From a virus: DNA of 64,000 nucleotides. The first letter of the stretch is position 1, and each line of letters opens with the position of its first letter. The translations under genes were made by a program, and so were the position numbers. The stretch covers positions 1 through 64,000 of IMG/VR virus record IMGVR_UViG_3300010368_000009; one strand, 5' to 3'. The notes beneath the pieces were generated by a model that did no database searches, was not told the origin of the DNA, and worked only from the letters and a program-made list of their open reading frames with translations. Of this stretch, positions 10,250-19,358 are shown piece by piece.

Positions 10250-11659
10250 TTATCGAACTTTGAGGTTCTTTAGCTCTTTTAATTCTGAAGCGAACACATT
10301 GCGGCGTTTTGTATTAGACATCACCAATCCTTTATATTTGGAAATGTCATTTTTCAAACGAGTGATTTCAGAAATAATCTTTTGATATGCTTCCTGAGTC
10401 CATGAATATGATGCTCGTGCCGATATACGATCAGCAATATCATCACTAGCCATAAGACCATCACGACTCGCACAATTAATGATGTCAGATTTCATGTCAG
10501 CTCGATTTTTCTTTTTTGAAATTCGATCTGGCATCTTGTGATCAAAGCACGCCTTGATGCAAAGAAGATAAAGAAGTTCAGCTTCCGCCAGCTTGATCAG
10601 GTTTTCATATCGAACAAGATATTGACTGAACCGCCACTTGGTCCATTCGCGAAGATATCGTTCAACAGGATCAGCATATTTCTGTTTAGCATCATGAATA
10701 TATTGAACAATGCCCTTGCCATCAAACGTGGTAACGACAAACGTTTCACTCGCTTCTTTACGAAGTTTGAGAAAGGTGATCGCGTCTTCTTCTGTCCATG
10801 TGCGACAACGGCCACGACGAAGTTTGATTTCAATGTTGATGGTTCGGGATGAAAAATCTTTAACATCATTGATTTCACCAGCATCCATCATCTCGTTTAA
10901 TTGTTCTTTAAACGAATCAATGGTGAGATTCATCGCTGGCAATTCAGTAACCACCAGTGTGCTCGCGTCTTTCACTTCGACCTTACCAGTGAATACCCAA
11001 ACCATGCCACCGGATTTATTATATCCCTTGAATACACCGCGTTGATTGTTCATAAAATCAAACGATGGTGCCAACCGTGGAAACTCTTCGGATTTATCAT
11101 CACGAAGACAAACGGAGATAGCATCGATTAAGTCATTGAGATTGCGAGGGAAAACCCGATCACTGTAACCAACACCGATTCCTTCTGCACCGTTCAACAG
11201 GTGAGTTGGCACCATCGGGAAAAATGTTTCTGGCATCAATCGAGAACCATCATGATTCTCAACCATTGGAATAATATCGGCATCCATGTAAAGCAAACTG
11301 TTGGTATATTCGGGTTTCTTCACATAGGTATAACGTGCACTAGCGAACGCGGTTGGTTTCAGAAGTGATCCGAACGAACCCTTACCGAGAAGCAAGGGCA
11401 CATTGTTCTTGAACGGTCCAGCCAATTGTGAAATTGAATCCGCAGCAGCCGTATCACCATGAACATAAAGTTCTTCAGCGATCATTGTGCCTGCAAGAGC
11501 AATCGTTTTAATTTTGTCGCGCCGATTTCGCATAAGGTACAACGCAATACGTTGCCCTTGTTTCAAACCATCGCGAGCATCAGGGATTGCCCGATTCTTA
11601 TTAACGTAAACAGCGAACCCGTGATACGCTTCTTCCAAAAATATGGTATTGGCTGACAT
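10250..11659 (-). CDS. gp52: Type IIA topoisomerase, GyrA/ParC-like subunit (T4 gp52-like)
   Basis: RAIPDARDGLK, YVHGD, ASARY catalytic Tyr, NGAEGIGVGY; no CTD. Confidence 0.92.
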   Translation of the reverse strand: MSANTIFLEEAYHGFAVYVNKNRAIPDARDGLKQGQRIALYLMRNRRDKIKTIALAGTMIAEELYVHGDTAAADSISQLAGPFKNNVPLLLGKGSFGSLLKPTAFASARYTYVKKPEYTNSLLYMDADIIPMVENHDGSRLMPETFFPMVPTHLLNGAEGIGVGYSDRVFPRNLNDLIDAISVCLRDDKSEEFPRLAPSFDFMNNQRGVFKGYNKSGGMVWVFTGKVEVKDASTLVVTELPAMNLTIDSFKEQLNEMMDAGEINDVKDFSSRTINIEIKLRRGRCRTWTEEDAITFLKLRKEASETFVVTTFDGKGIVQYIHDAKQKYADPVERYLREWTKWRFSQYLVRYENLIKLAEAELLYLLCIKACFDHKMPDRISKKKNRADMKSDIINCASRDGLMASDDIADRISARASYSWTQEAYQKIISEITRLKNDISKYKGLVMSNTKRRNVFASELKELKNLKVR

Positions 11660-11737
11660 GTTCACTGAAATCCTTTGTTGACAATTCGACATAACTACTA
11701 TACCGTTCCCTTTCATAAGTCAAGCGGGAATTCACAC

Positions 11738-13603
11738 ATGGCACGTACCCCATCATCCCCAAAGCAACGCCAAAACAAAGAGTTGAGTGATTGGCAACAC
11801 GTGCGTCTTAAGACTGAGATGTATCTTGGATCACGTGATATCTCGACCGATACCATCGTTAACTATACCGGTAAGAAACTTGAACTCCAAGAAGTTCAAT
11901 ATGTTCCGGCACTTATGACCGCGTTTCGGGAATTGCTAGATAATGCCATGGATGAAATCGTTGGTCATGGTAATGGTAATATTATCAAAGTAACGTTTGA
12001 CCCGAATACTTTAACTATGTCGGTGCAAGATAACGGTGCTGGTATTCCTGTTGATCAGGTTGAAATGGTTTTTACTCGCCTTCGTGCCGGTTCGAATTTT
12101 AATGACCGTGAACAAGTAGTGGGTACAAATGGTATTGGTGCTTCTGCTGTCAACTTCGTATCTTCAAACTTTAAAGTTGATGTTTGGGCTAATAGTGTTC
12201 ATTACGAACAATCATATGAAGAAGATAATATTAACAACGAAGAAATTGTAATCAAACCACCACGTAAGAGTCCTGTTGGGCGCAAACGTGGTACGCGTGT
12301 ACAATTCACTCCATCGTCAACCGTCTTCAAACATATGGTGTTGCCAGAAGGATTGATTCGTGCCCGAATTCACGAATTGTCTTTCATCTATCCGAAAATC
12401 AAATTTTATTTTAATAATCAAATTATCAAAACGACTGATCTGTTCAAAGGACATGAATTCATTCGGGTTGATGTGAATTTGCCTGATAAGAAATTCTATA
12501 ACACCTTTTATATTGTTCCAAACTTCCACGATGGGAATGAGGAACATATGCATGCGGTTGTTAATGGTATCTGTGCATTCACTGGTGGCGAACACGTCAA
12601 GGCATTTCGTGCGAAGTTCTTTTCATCGATGCTTACCAACATCGCCAAGGAAGCCAAACAGCGTAAGGTCGTTCCTAACCGTTCTGATGTCGCTGCTGGA
12701 CTATTGGTGTTCGCGGTCACTCATATGGATGCACCAAACTTTAATTCACAGTCGAAACATTTTCTTGTGAACGCTGCTGCTGGTAAATGGATCACACAGG
12801 GCTTGGATGAAAAAGTCTTTGCCACCATTAAGCGCAAGCATCCTAAGTGGATCGAATCAATTATTGATCGTGCTGCTGTTCGTTCAAGCGCAAAAGATAT
12901 CAAGGACGCACAATCGTTCACCAAAAAAGCTGGTAAGACTAATGTTGTCAAATTGATTGATGCCACTGGTCGTGATCGGTCCAAATGTATTTTGATTATT
13001 GGTGAAGGCGATTCAGCTGTCAACCTTATCACCAGTGAACGGATCAATGCGATTCATGGTATCCTTCCATTGCGAGGGAAGATCATGAATGTTCACGGCG
13101 TCAAAGTTTCTGATGCTGTGAAATCGCCAGCGCTGGCCGATATTATTTCAGCTCTTGGTTTGGTATACGGTAAGACGGCAAAACGACATGAGTTGCGATA
13201 TGGTCAAATTCATATTGCGACAGACGAAGATCATGACGGTTATCATATCTTGTGTCTCTTTATCAACTTCCTGTATACGTATTGGCCTGAACTATTCGCC
13301 GATAAGAATAAACCATTCGCTTCGAAGATCATGACGCCCTTCATCATTTTGAAGAAAGGTGATCAGCGGAAATATGTTTATCAAACCGATTATCATAAAT
13401 TCGATCCATCAAAATATAAGGGATGGGAAATCACTCGTGCTAAGGGGCTTGGTACGCTTGAAAGCCCGGAGTGGAAAGATATTCTAGGTAACCCGAAACT
13501 GATTTCCTTCTGGGAAAATGGGAAAATGAAAGAAACATTAGATTTGATGTTTAATGGTAAACGTGCAGATGATCGTAAAGATTGGTTAGAGGTCGCTATC
13601 TGA
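11738..13603 (+). CDS. gp39: Type IIA topoisomerase, GyrB/ParE-like subunit (gp39+gp60 in one ORF)
   Basis: ELLDNAMD, DNGAGIP, GTNGIG GHKL motifs; EGDSA, PLRGK, DEDHDG, KGLG TOPRIM motifs. Confidence 0.93.
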   Translation: MARTPSSPKQRQNKELSDWQHVRLKTEMYLGSRDISTDTIVNYTGKKLELQEVQYVPALMTAFRELLDNAMDEIVGHGNGNIIKVTFDPNTLTMSVQDNGAGIPVDQVEMVFTRLRAGSNFNDREQVVGTNGIGASAVNFVSSNFKVDVWANSVHYEQSYEEDNINNEEIVIKPPRKSPVGRKRGTRVQFTPSSTVFKHMVLPEGLIRARIHELSFIYPKIKFYFNNQIIKTTDLFKGHEFIRVDVNLPDKKFYNTFYIVPNFHDGNEEHMHAVVNGICAFTGGEHVKAFRAKFFSSMLTNIAKEAKQRKVVPNRSDVAAGLLVFAVTHMDAPNFNSQSKHFLVNAAAGKWITQGLDEKVFATIKRKHPKWIESIIDRAAVRSSAKDIKDAQSFTKKAGKTNVVKLIDATGRDRSKCILIIGEGDSAVNLITSERINAIHGILPLRGKIMNVHGVKVSDAVKSPALADIISALGLVYGKTAKRHELRYGQIHIATDEDHDGYHILCLFINFLYTYWPELFADKNKPFASKIMTPFIILKKGDQRKYVYQTDYHKFDPSKYKGWEITRAKGLGTLESPEWKDILGNPKLISFWENGKMKETLDLMFNGKRADDRKDWLEVAI

Positions 13604-13842
13604 TGAATAAGATTTCCCAACGATACAAACGAATTCCGTATTCACCAAGAAGCAATATGGGTGAAGACCTTTGGAAACTTATTGATCAACAATTTACAAT
13701 CGAACTCATTCGTATGTTGGTCAAGGGCGAAACTACCATGCTATGGAACATGTATTCTGATTCCAAACTCATTGTTGAACTTCACACGTCTCTTAATAAT
13801 ACAAAATCAATAAACATCATGTTAATAAAACAAACTGCATAA
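13603..13842 (+). CDS. Hypothetical protein
   Basis: TGATG overlap with the topoisomerase stop. Confidence 0.5.
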   Translation: MNKISQRYKRIPYSPRSNMGEDLWKLIDQQFTIELIRMLVKGETTMLWNMYSDSKLIVELHTSLNNTKSINIMLIKQTA

Positions 13843-13904
13843 AAATGCATTTTGTTGAAAAAACCGTTTGACATTCTGATTTCAACCGGCTATACATATA
13901 AGCA

Positions 13905-14191
13905 TAGGAAGACGGGGTGACCTGTTAACTGAAAACAAGACGAAGAAAACGTTCATTTCTTCACGACTGAGATATGGTTAGGACTATTGGAAAGACATAT
14001 AAAGTTGTACTTTATATATTCAATGGTGCTGACACTCGATAACTTCTTTAATGAAGACCGACGAAAGACCGATGATAAGGGTGAATGCGGATTGAGTAGA
14101 ACACCATAGGTAAATGTCGAACAAACGGACGTGACTGGTAAGAGAGTTACTTGGGAGAGGTATAAGGGGCGTCACCCCTTGCCTCTCCCAA
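13905..14191 (+). ncRNA. Candidate ~290 nt structured ncRNA or leader
   Basis: TTGACA promoter at 13868; no credible ORF; GGGGTGAC (13914) complementary to GTCACCCC (14171); strong 3' hairpin at 14151-14191. Confidence 0.4.
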
Positions 14192-14214
14192 ACTTTATGT
14201 ATAAGTATATCATT

Positions 14215-14300
14215 GGAAGATAGGAAGGCTTGGTGCCTTAACGGGTTTCGAAAGCCCGCCCACCTTACGGTTGATGGTTCGAATCCATTATCTTCCGCCA
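14215..14300 (+). tRNA. tRNA-Ser(CGA), 8/4 cloverleaf
   Basis: Anticodon loop TTCGAAA, long V arm, GCCA end, 8-bp acceptor and 4-bp T stem. Confidence 0.85.
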
Positions 14301-14310
14301 CATTGGCTAT

Positions 14311-14401
14311 GGATAGGCAATCCGATTGGCGACGGAGCCGGTTTTGAACACCGTGTGAGCGTGAAAGCGCCTTGGGGGTTCGACTCCCTCCCTATCCGCC
14401 A
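14311..14401 (+). tRNA. tRNA-Ser(TGA)
   Basis: Loop TTTGAAC, long V arm, T loop TTCGACT, GCCA end. Confidence 0.88.
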
Positions 14402-14467
14402 AGTCTTTTTACTTGACAAATACTATTGAACCGTTTAAGTTAAACTTAACACGGGAGAGAATATATT

Positions 14468-15022
14468 ATGTCTGACACACGCACTCTGGATATTGATGAC
14501 TTCGGTATGCGCTTCCAAGTGTTTACTCGCAAGTATGCTGACTCTAAGTGGTCTGTTGCCATGTTCAATCTGTTTCAGTTGATCGATAATCGGATTTGGT
14601 CAGACTATATCAAGCACGTGCGGGCAAAGCTGCAATCTTCCGATATTCCTGAAAATAAGAGCTATCGATATTATCCATTTGATGCTGAAGCCGGTTGTAC
14701 ACAACGAAAGCTCACGGTTGGTGATCAGCGGGAAATGTTGAAACATATTTTGTATGAAGCCATGCAAACATATGAATTTAATCTTATGACACATCCCGAA
14801 TGGGGAATGGTGGGTGGCTATCCTATACCAGATAAATCATCAGACCATGTTGCTCTCACCGACACGGCCAAACATATCGCGTTGACTTTCTTTGCGACTA
14901 TCGCAACAATGCCGATGACAGAATTCGAAGGCTTTTTCAATTGTATGTTTGTCGATCCCGGCTGGGAAGGCGTGCGGGCACAACCATGGGCCAAGTTTAT
15001 CGAAAAGGAACTAGCAGCATGA
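14468..15022 (+). CDS. Hypothetical protein
   Basis: TTGACA promoter and GGGAG RBS upstream. Confidence 0.7.
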   Translation: MSDTRTLDIDDFGMRFQVFTRKYADSKWSVAMFNLFQLIDNRIWSDYIKHVRAKLQSSDIPENKSYRYYPFDAEAGCTQRKLTVGDQREMLKHILYEAMQTYEFNLMTHPEWGMVGGYPIPDKSSDHVALTDTAKHIALTFFATIATMPMTEFEGFFNCMFVDPGWEGVRAQPWAKFIEKELAA

Positions 15023-15474
15023 ACAGTTTCGCAATCGTCAATGGACAACGTGTTCAAATTCCCAATGGTAGTGAAGTCTCTATCGTTGGAAGTAAACTCT
15101 ACATTGATGGTAAAGAATATAAAGCGGATGGTTCAGAGCCACTGATTTCTATTACCATTGAAGGTGATGTCGGTTCTCTCAAGGTTGATAAGGGCGACGT
15201 TTCGGTTCTGGGTAGTGTGAACGGTAATGTTGAAGCCGGTGGTTCCGTTGGTTGTGGTCAGGTTGATGGTCATGTTGTAGCAGGTGGATCGATCACCTGT
15301 GGTAACATTGATGGTCCAGTTGATTCTGGTGGTTCTGTGAACTGTATGAATATTACCGGTAATGTTGATTCTGGTGGTTCTGTGAACTGTATGAATATTG
15401 AAGGATCAGTTGATGCTGGTGGTTCTGTGAGATATAGCAAGGAAACTGATGATGGCAACGGAACCCTGCGTTAA
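15019..15474 (+). CDS. Beta-helical repeat protein (bactofilin-like GGSVxC repeats)
   Basis: About five 15-aa repeats V(D/E)xGGSVxC; exact 36-nt DNA repeat at 15319-15354 and 15364-15399. Confidence 0.65.
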   Translation: MNSFAIVNGQRVQIPNGSEVSIVGSKLYIDGKEYKADGSEPLISITIEGDVGSLKVDKGDVSVLGSVNGNVEAGGSVGCGQVDGHVVAGGSITCGNIDGPVDSGGSVNCMNITGNVDSGGSVNCMNIEGSVDAGGSVRYSKETDDGNGTLR

Positions 15475-15814
15475 GAAGTGGCTTGTAATATACAAAGGTC
15501 ACAATCCGGCAAAAGCAGAAAATATAATTCGGGTTGTGGAAGCTACACATAAACCCGGTGGTAATACATATGATGTTTGGTATGTAGAGAACCATAAAGC
15601 GTATATCGGCGACGTGTTGTGGTATTTGCATGAATCTAGTCATGGTGCTGATCTTAGCTATGTTATGGAGGATGACTTTGACACTCCTGCGGATTTTATA
15701 AATTTGGTAAATCAATTTATCCGAAATGATCGTGCCAGACTTGAATTTCTGTTCAAAGAACACTGTATGGTTTGTGATAAAATCGCACACAATATGAAAA
15801 GAGCAAACCCATGA
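15449..15814 (+). CDS. Hypothetical protein
   Basis: Overlapping ORF in the operon. Confidence 0.55.
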   Translation: MMATEPCVKKWLVIYKGHNPAKAENIIRVVEATHKPGGNTYDVWYVENHKAYIGDVLWYLHESSHGADLSYVMEDDFDTPADFINLVNQFIRNDRARLEFLFKEHCMVCDKIAHNMKRANP

Positions 15815-16191
15815 CCAACCGTGCTCATATACAGATACATACCACTGGCACAAACATTTGCTTTGTGTCTGATTATCCATATGGAATCATGTCTGATTTC
15901 GGTGAGAAGATCAAAGCATATCTATCCGAAGTGGTCACAGCTGCTGAAGGATTGGAACCAGCACAATATCATAGTGTTGATGATGTCGTTAAATGGTTCA
16001 TGCAATTTGGTTTAACCTTTTCAGAAACATGCAATATGGGTAAAGTTTATTGGTACAAGATTGATATCAAACCAGAATGTCGTGGGATTGATCTTCGTTA
16101 TTGCTCTCGCTGGTTGGATAATTGGGATGAATCAGATTTTGCCCTAAGTAATAGACTATTGACATCCGATCCTATCCTTAGTACACCGTGA
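15811..16191 (+). CDS. Hypothetical protein
   Basis: ATGA overlap with the previous ORF. Confidence 0.6.
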   Translation: MTNRAHIQIHTTGTNICFVSDYPYGIMSDFGEKIKAYLSEVVTAAEGLEPAQYHSVDDVVKWFMQFGLTFSETCNMGKVYWYKIDIKPECRGIDLRYCSRWLDNWDESDFALSNRLLTSDPILSTP

Positions 16192-16197
16192 TTATAT

Positions 16198-16273
16198 GCC
16201 GTCATAGCTCAGTTGGCAGAGCGCCTGCCTTGTAAGCAGGATGTCCGGGGTTCGAATCCTCGTGGCGGCACCA
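16198..16273 (+). tRNA. tRNA-Thr(TGT)
   Basis: Canonical cloverleaf, loop CTTGTAA, ACCA end. Confidence 0.95.
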
Positions 16274-16295
16274 TTCCCCTCATGAAAGGTTTTTC

Positions 16296-16556
16296 ATGTC
16301 AGACCCGTATGTAGAATATCAAAACCTAAAAGCCCGCCACCAGAAAGAGTTGGTTGAGTGGATTCATTCGACGCCCGCAAATCTAGCTGCTTTTCAAGAA
16401 GATACGGGTTATGATACACCAGAAGAATATCTTGATGAATACGGATATAAGTTCTGCATCATAGCTCATATAGCACAAGATTTACGTCATCCTGATTATG
16501 AAACGTGGCGAGATGAATACATCCCGTATCATTTCTTGGAAGACCGATTCCATTAA
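16296..16556 (+). CDS. Hypothetical protein
   Basis: AAGG RBS, 86 aa. Confidence 0.6.
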   Translation: MSDPYVEYQNLKARHQKELVEWIHSTPANLAAFQEDTGYDTPEEYLDEYGYKFCIIAHIAQDLRHPDYETWRDEYIPYHFLEDRFH

Positions 16557-16568
16557 CCGATTGAGTAT

Positions 16569-16754
16569 ATGATGTTAAAACGACACAAAGACACAGCATT
16601 TACTATAACCTTCATGCCCTTAAGGTGGAAATGGGGTTGCACCGATGCCATGGGGTGTAAATCATTTACAATGGGTCCGTTTCGGTTTGGGTATTATAAT
16701 CCACATTCTGCGAACAAGTCATATAATTTCACAACCAAACTCTACGACAAATAG
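16569..16754 (+). CDS. Hypothetical protein
   Basis: 61 aa ORF ending in TAG right before a tRNA-like element. Confidence 0.45.
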   Translation: MMLKRHKDTAFTITFMPLRWKWGCTDAMGCKSFTMGPFRFGYYNPHSANKSYNFTTKLYDK

Positions 16755-16755
16755 C

Positions 16756-16838
16756 GGGCAGGACTCTGGTAGGGAAACCGCTGCGGCGTTAATGAACAAA
16801 TGCAAACCCCATGGGTTCAATTCCCATCCTGTCCACCA
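16756..16838 (+). ncRNA. tRNA-like RNA with alanine-type acceptor (G3:U70, A73, CCA), lacking normal D and anticodon arms
   Basis: GGGCAGG/CCTGTCC-ACCA acceptor; T arm ATGGG-TTCAATT-CCCAT. Confidence 0.7.
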
Positions 16839-16852
16839 TTAATGAGTATATT

Positions 16853-17164
16853 ATGCTTGATGATCATCCGTTAATTCCGCAATTAAAAGAATATATGAAG
16901 CAATCAGTATCTGCTGATGGTGAACAACGTATTGGTGAATATTTCTGGTCTTCTGAATTGCCATCATATGATTTCACAAAAGAAGTTCTTGAACCGGGTT
17001 GTAGTGAAACCTTACCCGAAGGTGCAACAGGATTGAGAGTCGATGATGACTTCTGGATCGTTGGCATTATTCCCTACGAGTATAAAGATGTTCCAACCCG
17101 TGAACTGGTCGATGTGTTGTATCCATGGATACCAGAAGGAAAAGTAATTATACTTTCCGAATGA
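16853..17164 (+). CDS. Hypothetical protein
   Basis: ORF start trimmed out of the RNA gene. Confidence 0.6.
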   Translation: MLDDHPLIPQLKEYMKQSVSADGEQRIGEYFWSSELPSYDFTKEVLEPGCSETLPEGATGLRVDDDFWIVGIIPYEYKDVPTRELVDVLYPWIPEGKVIILSE

Positions 17165-17520
17165 TGGTTATAAGTAAGTTCATGAAAGAACTTACTCTTG
17201 CAGTTCGACACGATAATAATCTAGCCTTTGCGGAATTTGATGAAGATGGTAACATCTTACATTGGAAGGTGAAGACTCAAGCAAAGTTCATAGAAGAATC
17301 ACTTGGTCGAGAATTACCGTACACATGGGTATTGGTCGTTGGCAAAGAAGAAAAAGATCAAACCATCATCTGTGAAGTTTTAGAGACTTTTCCAATGGAC
17401 GAGTATGGTGATACAATTAATATCCTAAACGAGCCGATGTTCCAGTTACAAGCAAGCGAGTTACTAATATCATATATGAAAGATCATAGATGTGATGTAT
17501 CAGCTGAAACTATTAATTGA
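17161..17520 (+). CDS. Hypothetical protein
   Basis: ATGA overlap. Confidence 0.6.
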   Translation: MMVISKFMKELTLAVRHDNNLAFAEFDEDGNILHWKVKTQAKFIEESLGRELPYTWVLVVGKEEKDQTIICEVLETFPMDEYGDTINILNEPMFQLQASELLISYMKDHRCDVSAETIN

Positions 17521-17556
17521 CATTGATGGTTCACCCTGTATATTGATGTCTTCAAC

Positions 17557-17633
17557 GGCTGGTTAGCTTAATTGGTCAAAGTCGGAGCCTCTAAAACTCC
17601 CAGATATGGGTTCAAGTCCCATACCAGCCACCA
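17557..17633 (+). tRNA. Amber suppressor tRNA (anticodon CTA)
   Basis: GGCTGGT/ACCAGCC acceptor with ACCA; anticodon loop CTCTAAA (CTA at 17591-17593); T arm ATGGG-TTCAAGT-CCCAT; own TTGACA promoter. Confidence 0.85.
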
Positions 17634-17647
17634 AATTTTACAGAGCG

Positions 17648-17947
17648 ATGAATATGTCAAAAGATAAAACAACTGACCGGGTTTACACTCTTGATGAGTG
17701 GAGAAACAGTGTCGCCAGAATGTGGTGGGCAATTATTCCATCTTCGAAGTCTGATCTTGAAAAAATCAAGGATTGGGTTCTGAAGAACAGCAAAACCCTT
17801 GGTGATAACGTTTTCTTCCTCACAGATGATAAAACGGTTAAGATCAGCTGTCCTGATGGATTTCGTAAACTTTGCGGAATCGTTAAAGATGAACTGAACA
17901 TCCAATTCAAGGTCAAGCCTTATGGCGACAACGATCTTGAACTTTAA
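17648..17947 (+). CDS. Hypothetical protein
   Basis: ORF downstream of the tRNA. Confidence 0.6.
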   Translation: MNMSKDKTTDRVYTLDEWRNSVARMWWAIIPSSKSDLEKIKDWVLKNSKTLGDNVFFLTDDKTVKISCPDGFRKLCGIVKDELNIQFKVKPYGDNDLEL

Positions 17948-18203
17948 AGTGTTTTTGGATTCATACGCAGCTTCATATAATTGGGCAGCAATTGTTTTCC
18001 CAATGAGTGATTTCGAATTAGCTATAGCATTCAAAGAGTTAGCAGAACCATACCTAACTGACCAAGTTGTTTTATTGGGATGTGAAGTTCGCTGCATTGA
18101 TAATCTATTAATGCTTAAAATTGTTGAGGCAGCGAAAGCCAAAGGAATTGATATCAAGTCGATTCAATTAAAATATGCAGGATGTGATATACTGATGGGT
18201 TGA
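17922..18203 (+). CDS. Hypothetical protein
   Basis: Overlapping ORF. Confidence 0.5.
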   Translation: MATTILNFKVFLDSYAASYNWAAIVFPMSDFELAIAFKELAEPYLTDQVVLLGCEVRCIDNLLMLKIVEAAKAKGIDIKSIQLKYAGCDILMG

Positions 18204-18256
18204 CAACCCTAATACATCTTGATAACTATATAATATGACAACCACAGGAGATAGTC

Positions 18257-18682
18257 ATGACGTAGATTACTAAACAAGAACTACTTAAGAATAACACGAA
18301 CGAAGTGTCGGATAATAATCTTTATCTTTACGCTATCATTCGCAAAGACCTTGAAATGCCTTCGGGCAAGCTTGCGTCCCAAGCTGGTCATGCTTTCACT
18401 GACAGTCTTTGTCAGGCTTTAGATCAATCACCTGAACGGTTTCATAATTACCGTACCGGCCATGGTGGATCGAAAGTCGTTCTGAAAGCCAAGGGCGAAA
18501 CCCAACTCATCAATACCTATAATCGAATTCGCGAATCTGGCATTCCTTGTGCCTTGATCGTGGATCAGAAACATATCATGCCGCCGCACTTTGATGGTAA
18601 TCCCATCATCACGGCGCTTGGTATTGGTCCGTGTCGCCGCGAAGAGATTTACCCGATCATTAAAAAGTTTGGGTGCGTGTGA
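18257..18682 (+). CDS. pth2: Peptidyl-tRNA hydrolase Pth2-family protein with in-frame TAG at codon 3 (alternative GTG start at 18305)
   Basis: IIRKDLEMPSGKLASQAGHAF, KVVLKA, TALGIGP; AGGAG RBS before ATG-ACG-TAG, in frame with the ORF. Confidence 0.82.
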
Positions 18683-19275
18683 TGGCCAAGGATTATACGA
18701 AAATCAAAAATATTGATGAACTTGGATGCATGATGATGAAATGCAAACAGTTCAAGGATCAAGATGTGTTGGAACACGGATATTCAATCTATGATTACTT
18801 CCGTGATCTTCAGGATCATATACTTTATGATTCACCTACAACATATGAATGGAAATTACCTAATTGGATTTATAATGAAAAGTTATGGGATCAACTATTA
18901 GATCACAAGACGATTCGTACATATCAAATCTATCACGATTGTGGTAAACCATTCTGTAGAACCATCGATACGGAAGGTCGTCACCATTTCCCAGATCATG
19001 CTAATATATCAGCTGATCTATGGATGCATCTAATGGGTGATCAACAGATTTCCGATTTGATGCGAATGGATATGGATATTCATTTGATGCGTGCAGATGG
19101 GATTGAAGAATTCGCATCTCGTAAAGAGGCAGCAACGTTGCTTATAACGGGTTTATGTGAACTTCACAGCAATGCGCGTATGTTTGGTGGAATCTCATCC
19201 ACGGGCTTCAAAATCAAGTGGAAGGCCATGAACAAGTATGGTGGTCGCATTGCCGAAATACTTTGTCAAAAATGA
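18682..19275 (+). CDS. HD-domain phosphohydrolase-like protein
   Basis: VLEHG...YHDCGKPF...HFPDHA...MDIH; TGATG-coupled to pth2. Confidence 0.75.
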   Translation: MAKDYTKIKNIDELGCMMMKCKQFKDQDVLEHGYSIYDYFRDLQDHILYDSPTTYEWKLPNWIYNEKLWDQLLDHKTIRTYQIYHDCGKPFCRTIDTEGRHHFPDHANISADLWMHLMGDQQISDLMRMDMDIHLMRADGIEEFASRKEAATLLITGLCELHSNARMFGGISSTGFKIKWKAMNKYGGRIAEILCQK

Positions 19276-19279
19276 TTGT

Positions 19280-19305
19280 TCGGGGAGTCTTAACCGGCTC
19301 CCCGA
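19280..19305 (+). terminator. Hairpin after the pth2-HD operon
   Basis: TCGGGGAG...CTCCCCGA inverted repeat. Confidence 0.5.
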
Positions 19306-19358
19306 TATCATATATAGACGTTGACATTGATACATAAGTACTGTAACATGTTAATAAT

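Noticed and set aside
14020-14301. ORF-track entries overlapping RNA genes (also 20658-20909, 24682-24912, 57197-57439, 57341-57589)
   Set aside because: Spurious translations of tRNA or ncRNA sequence
17557-17633. tRNA-Pyl
   Set aside because: Has A73, a normal D loop, TTC T loop and 5-nt variable loop; no pyl genes in the window
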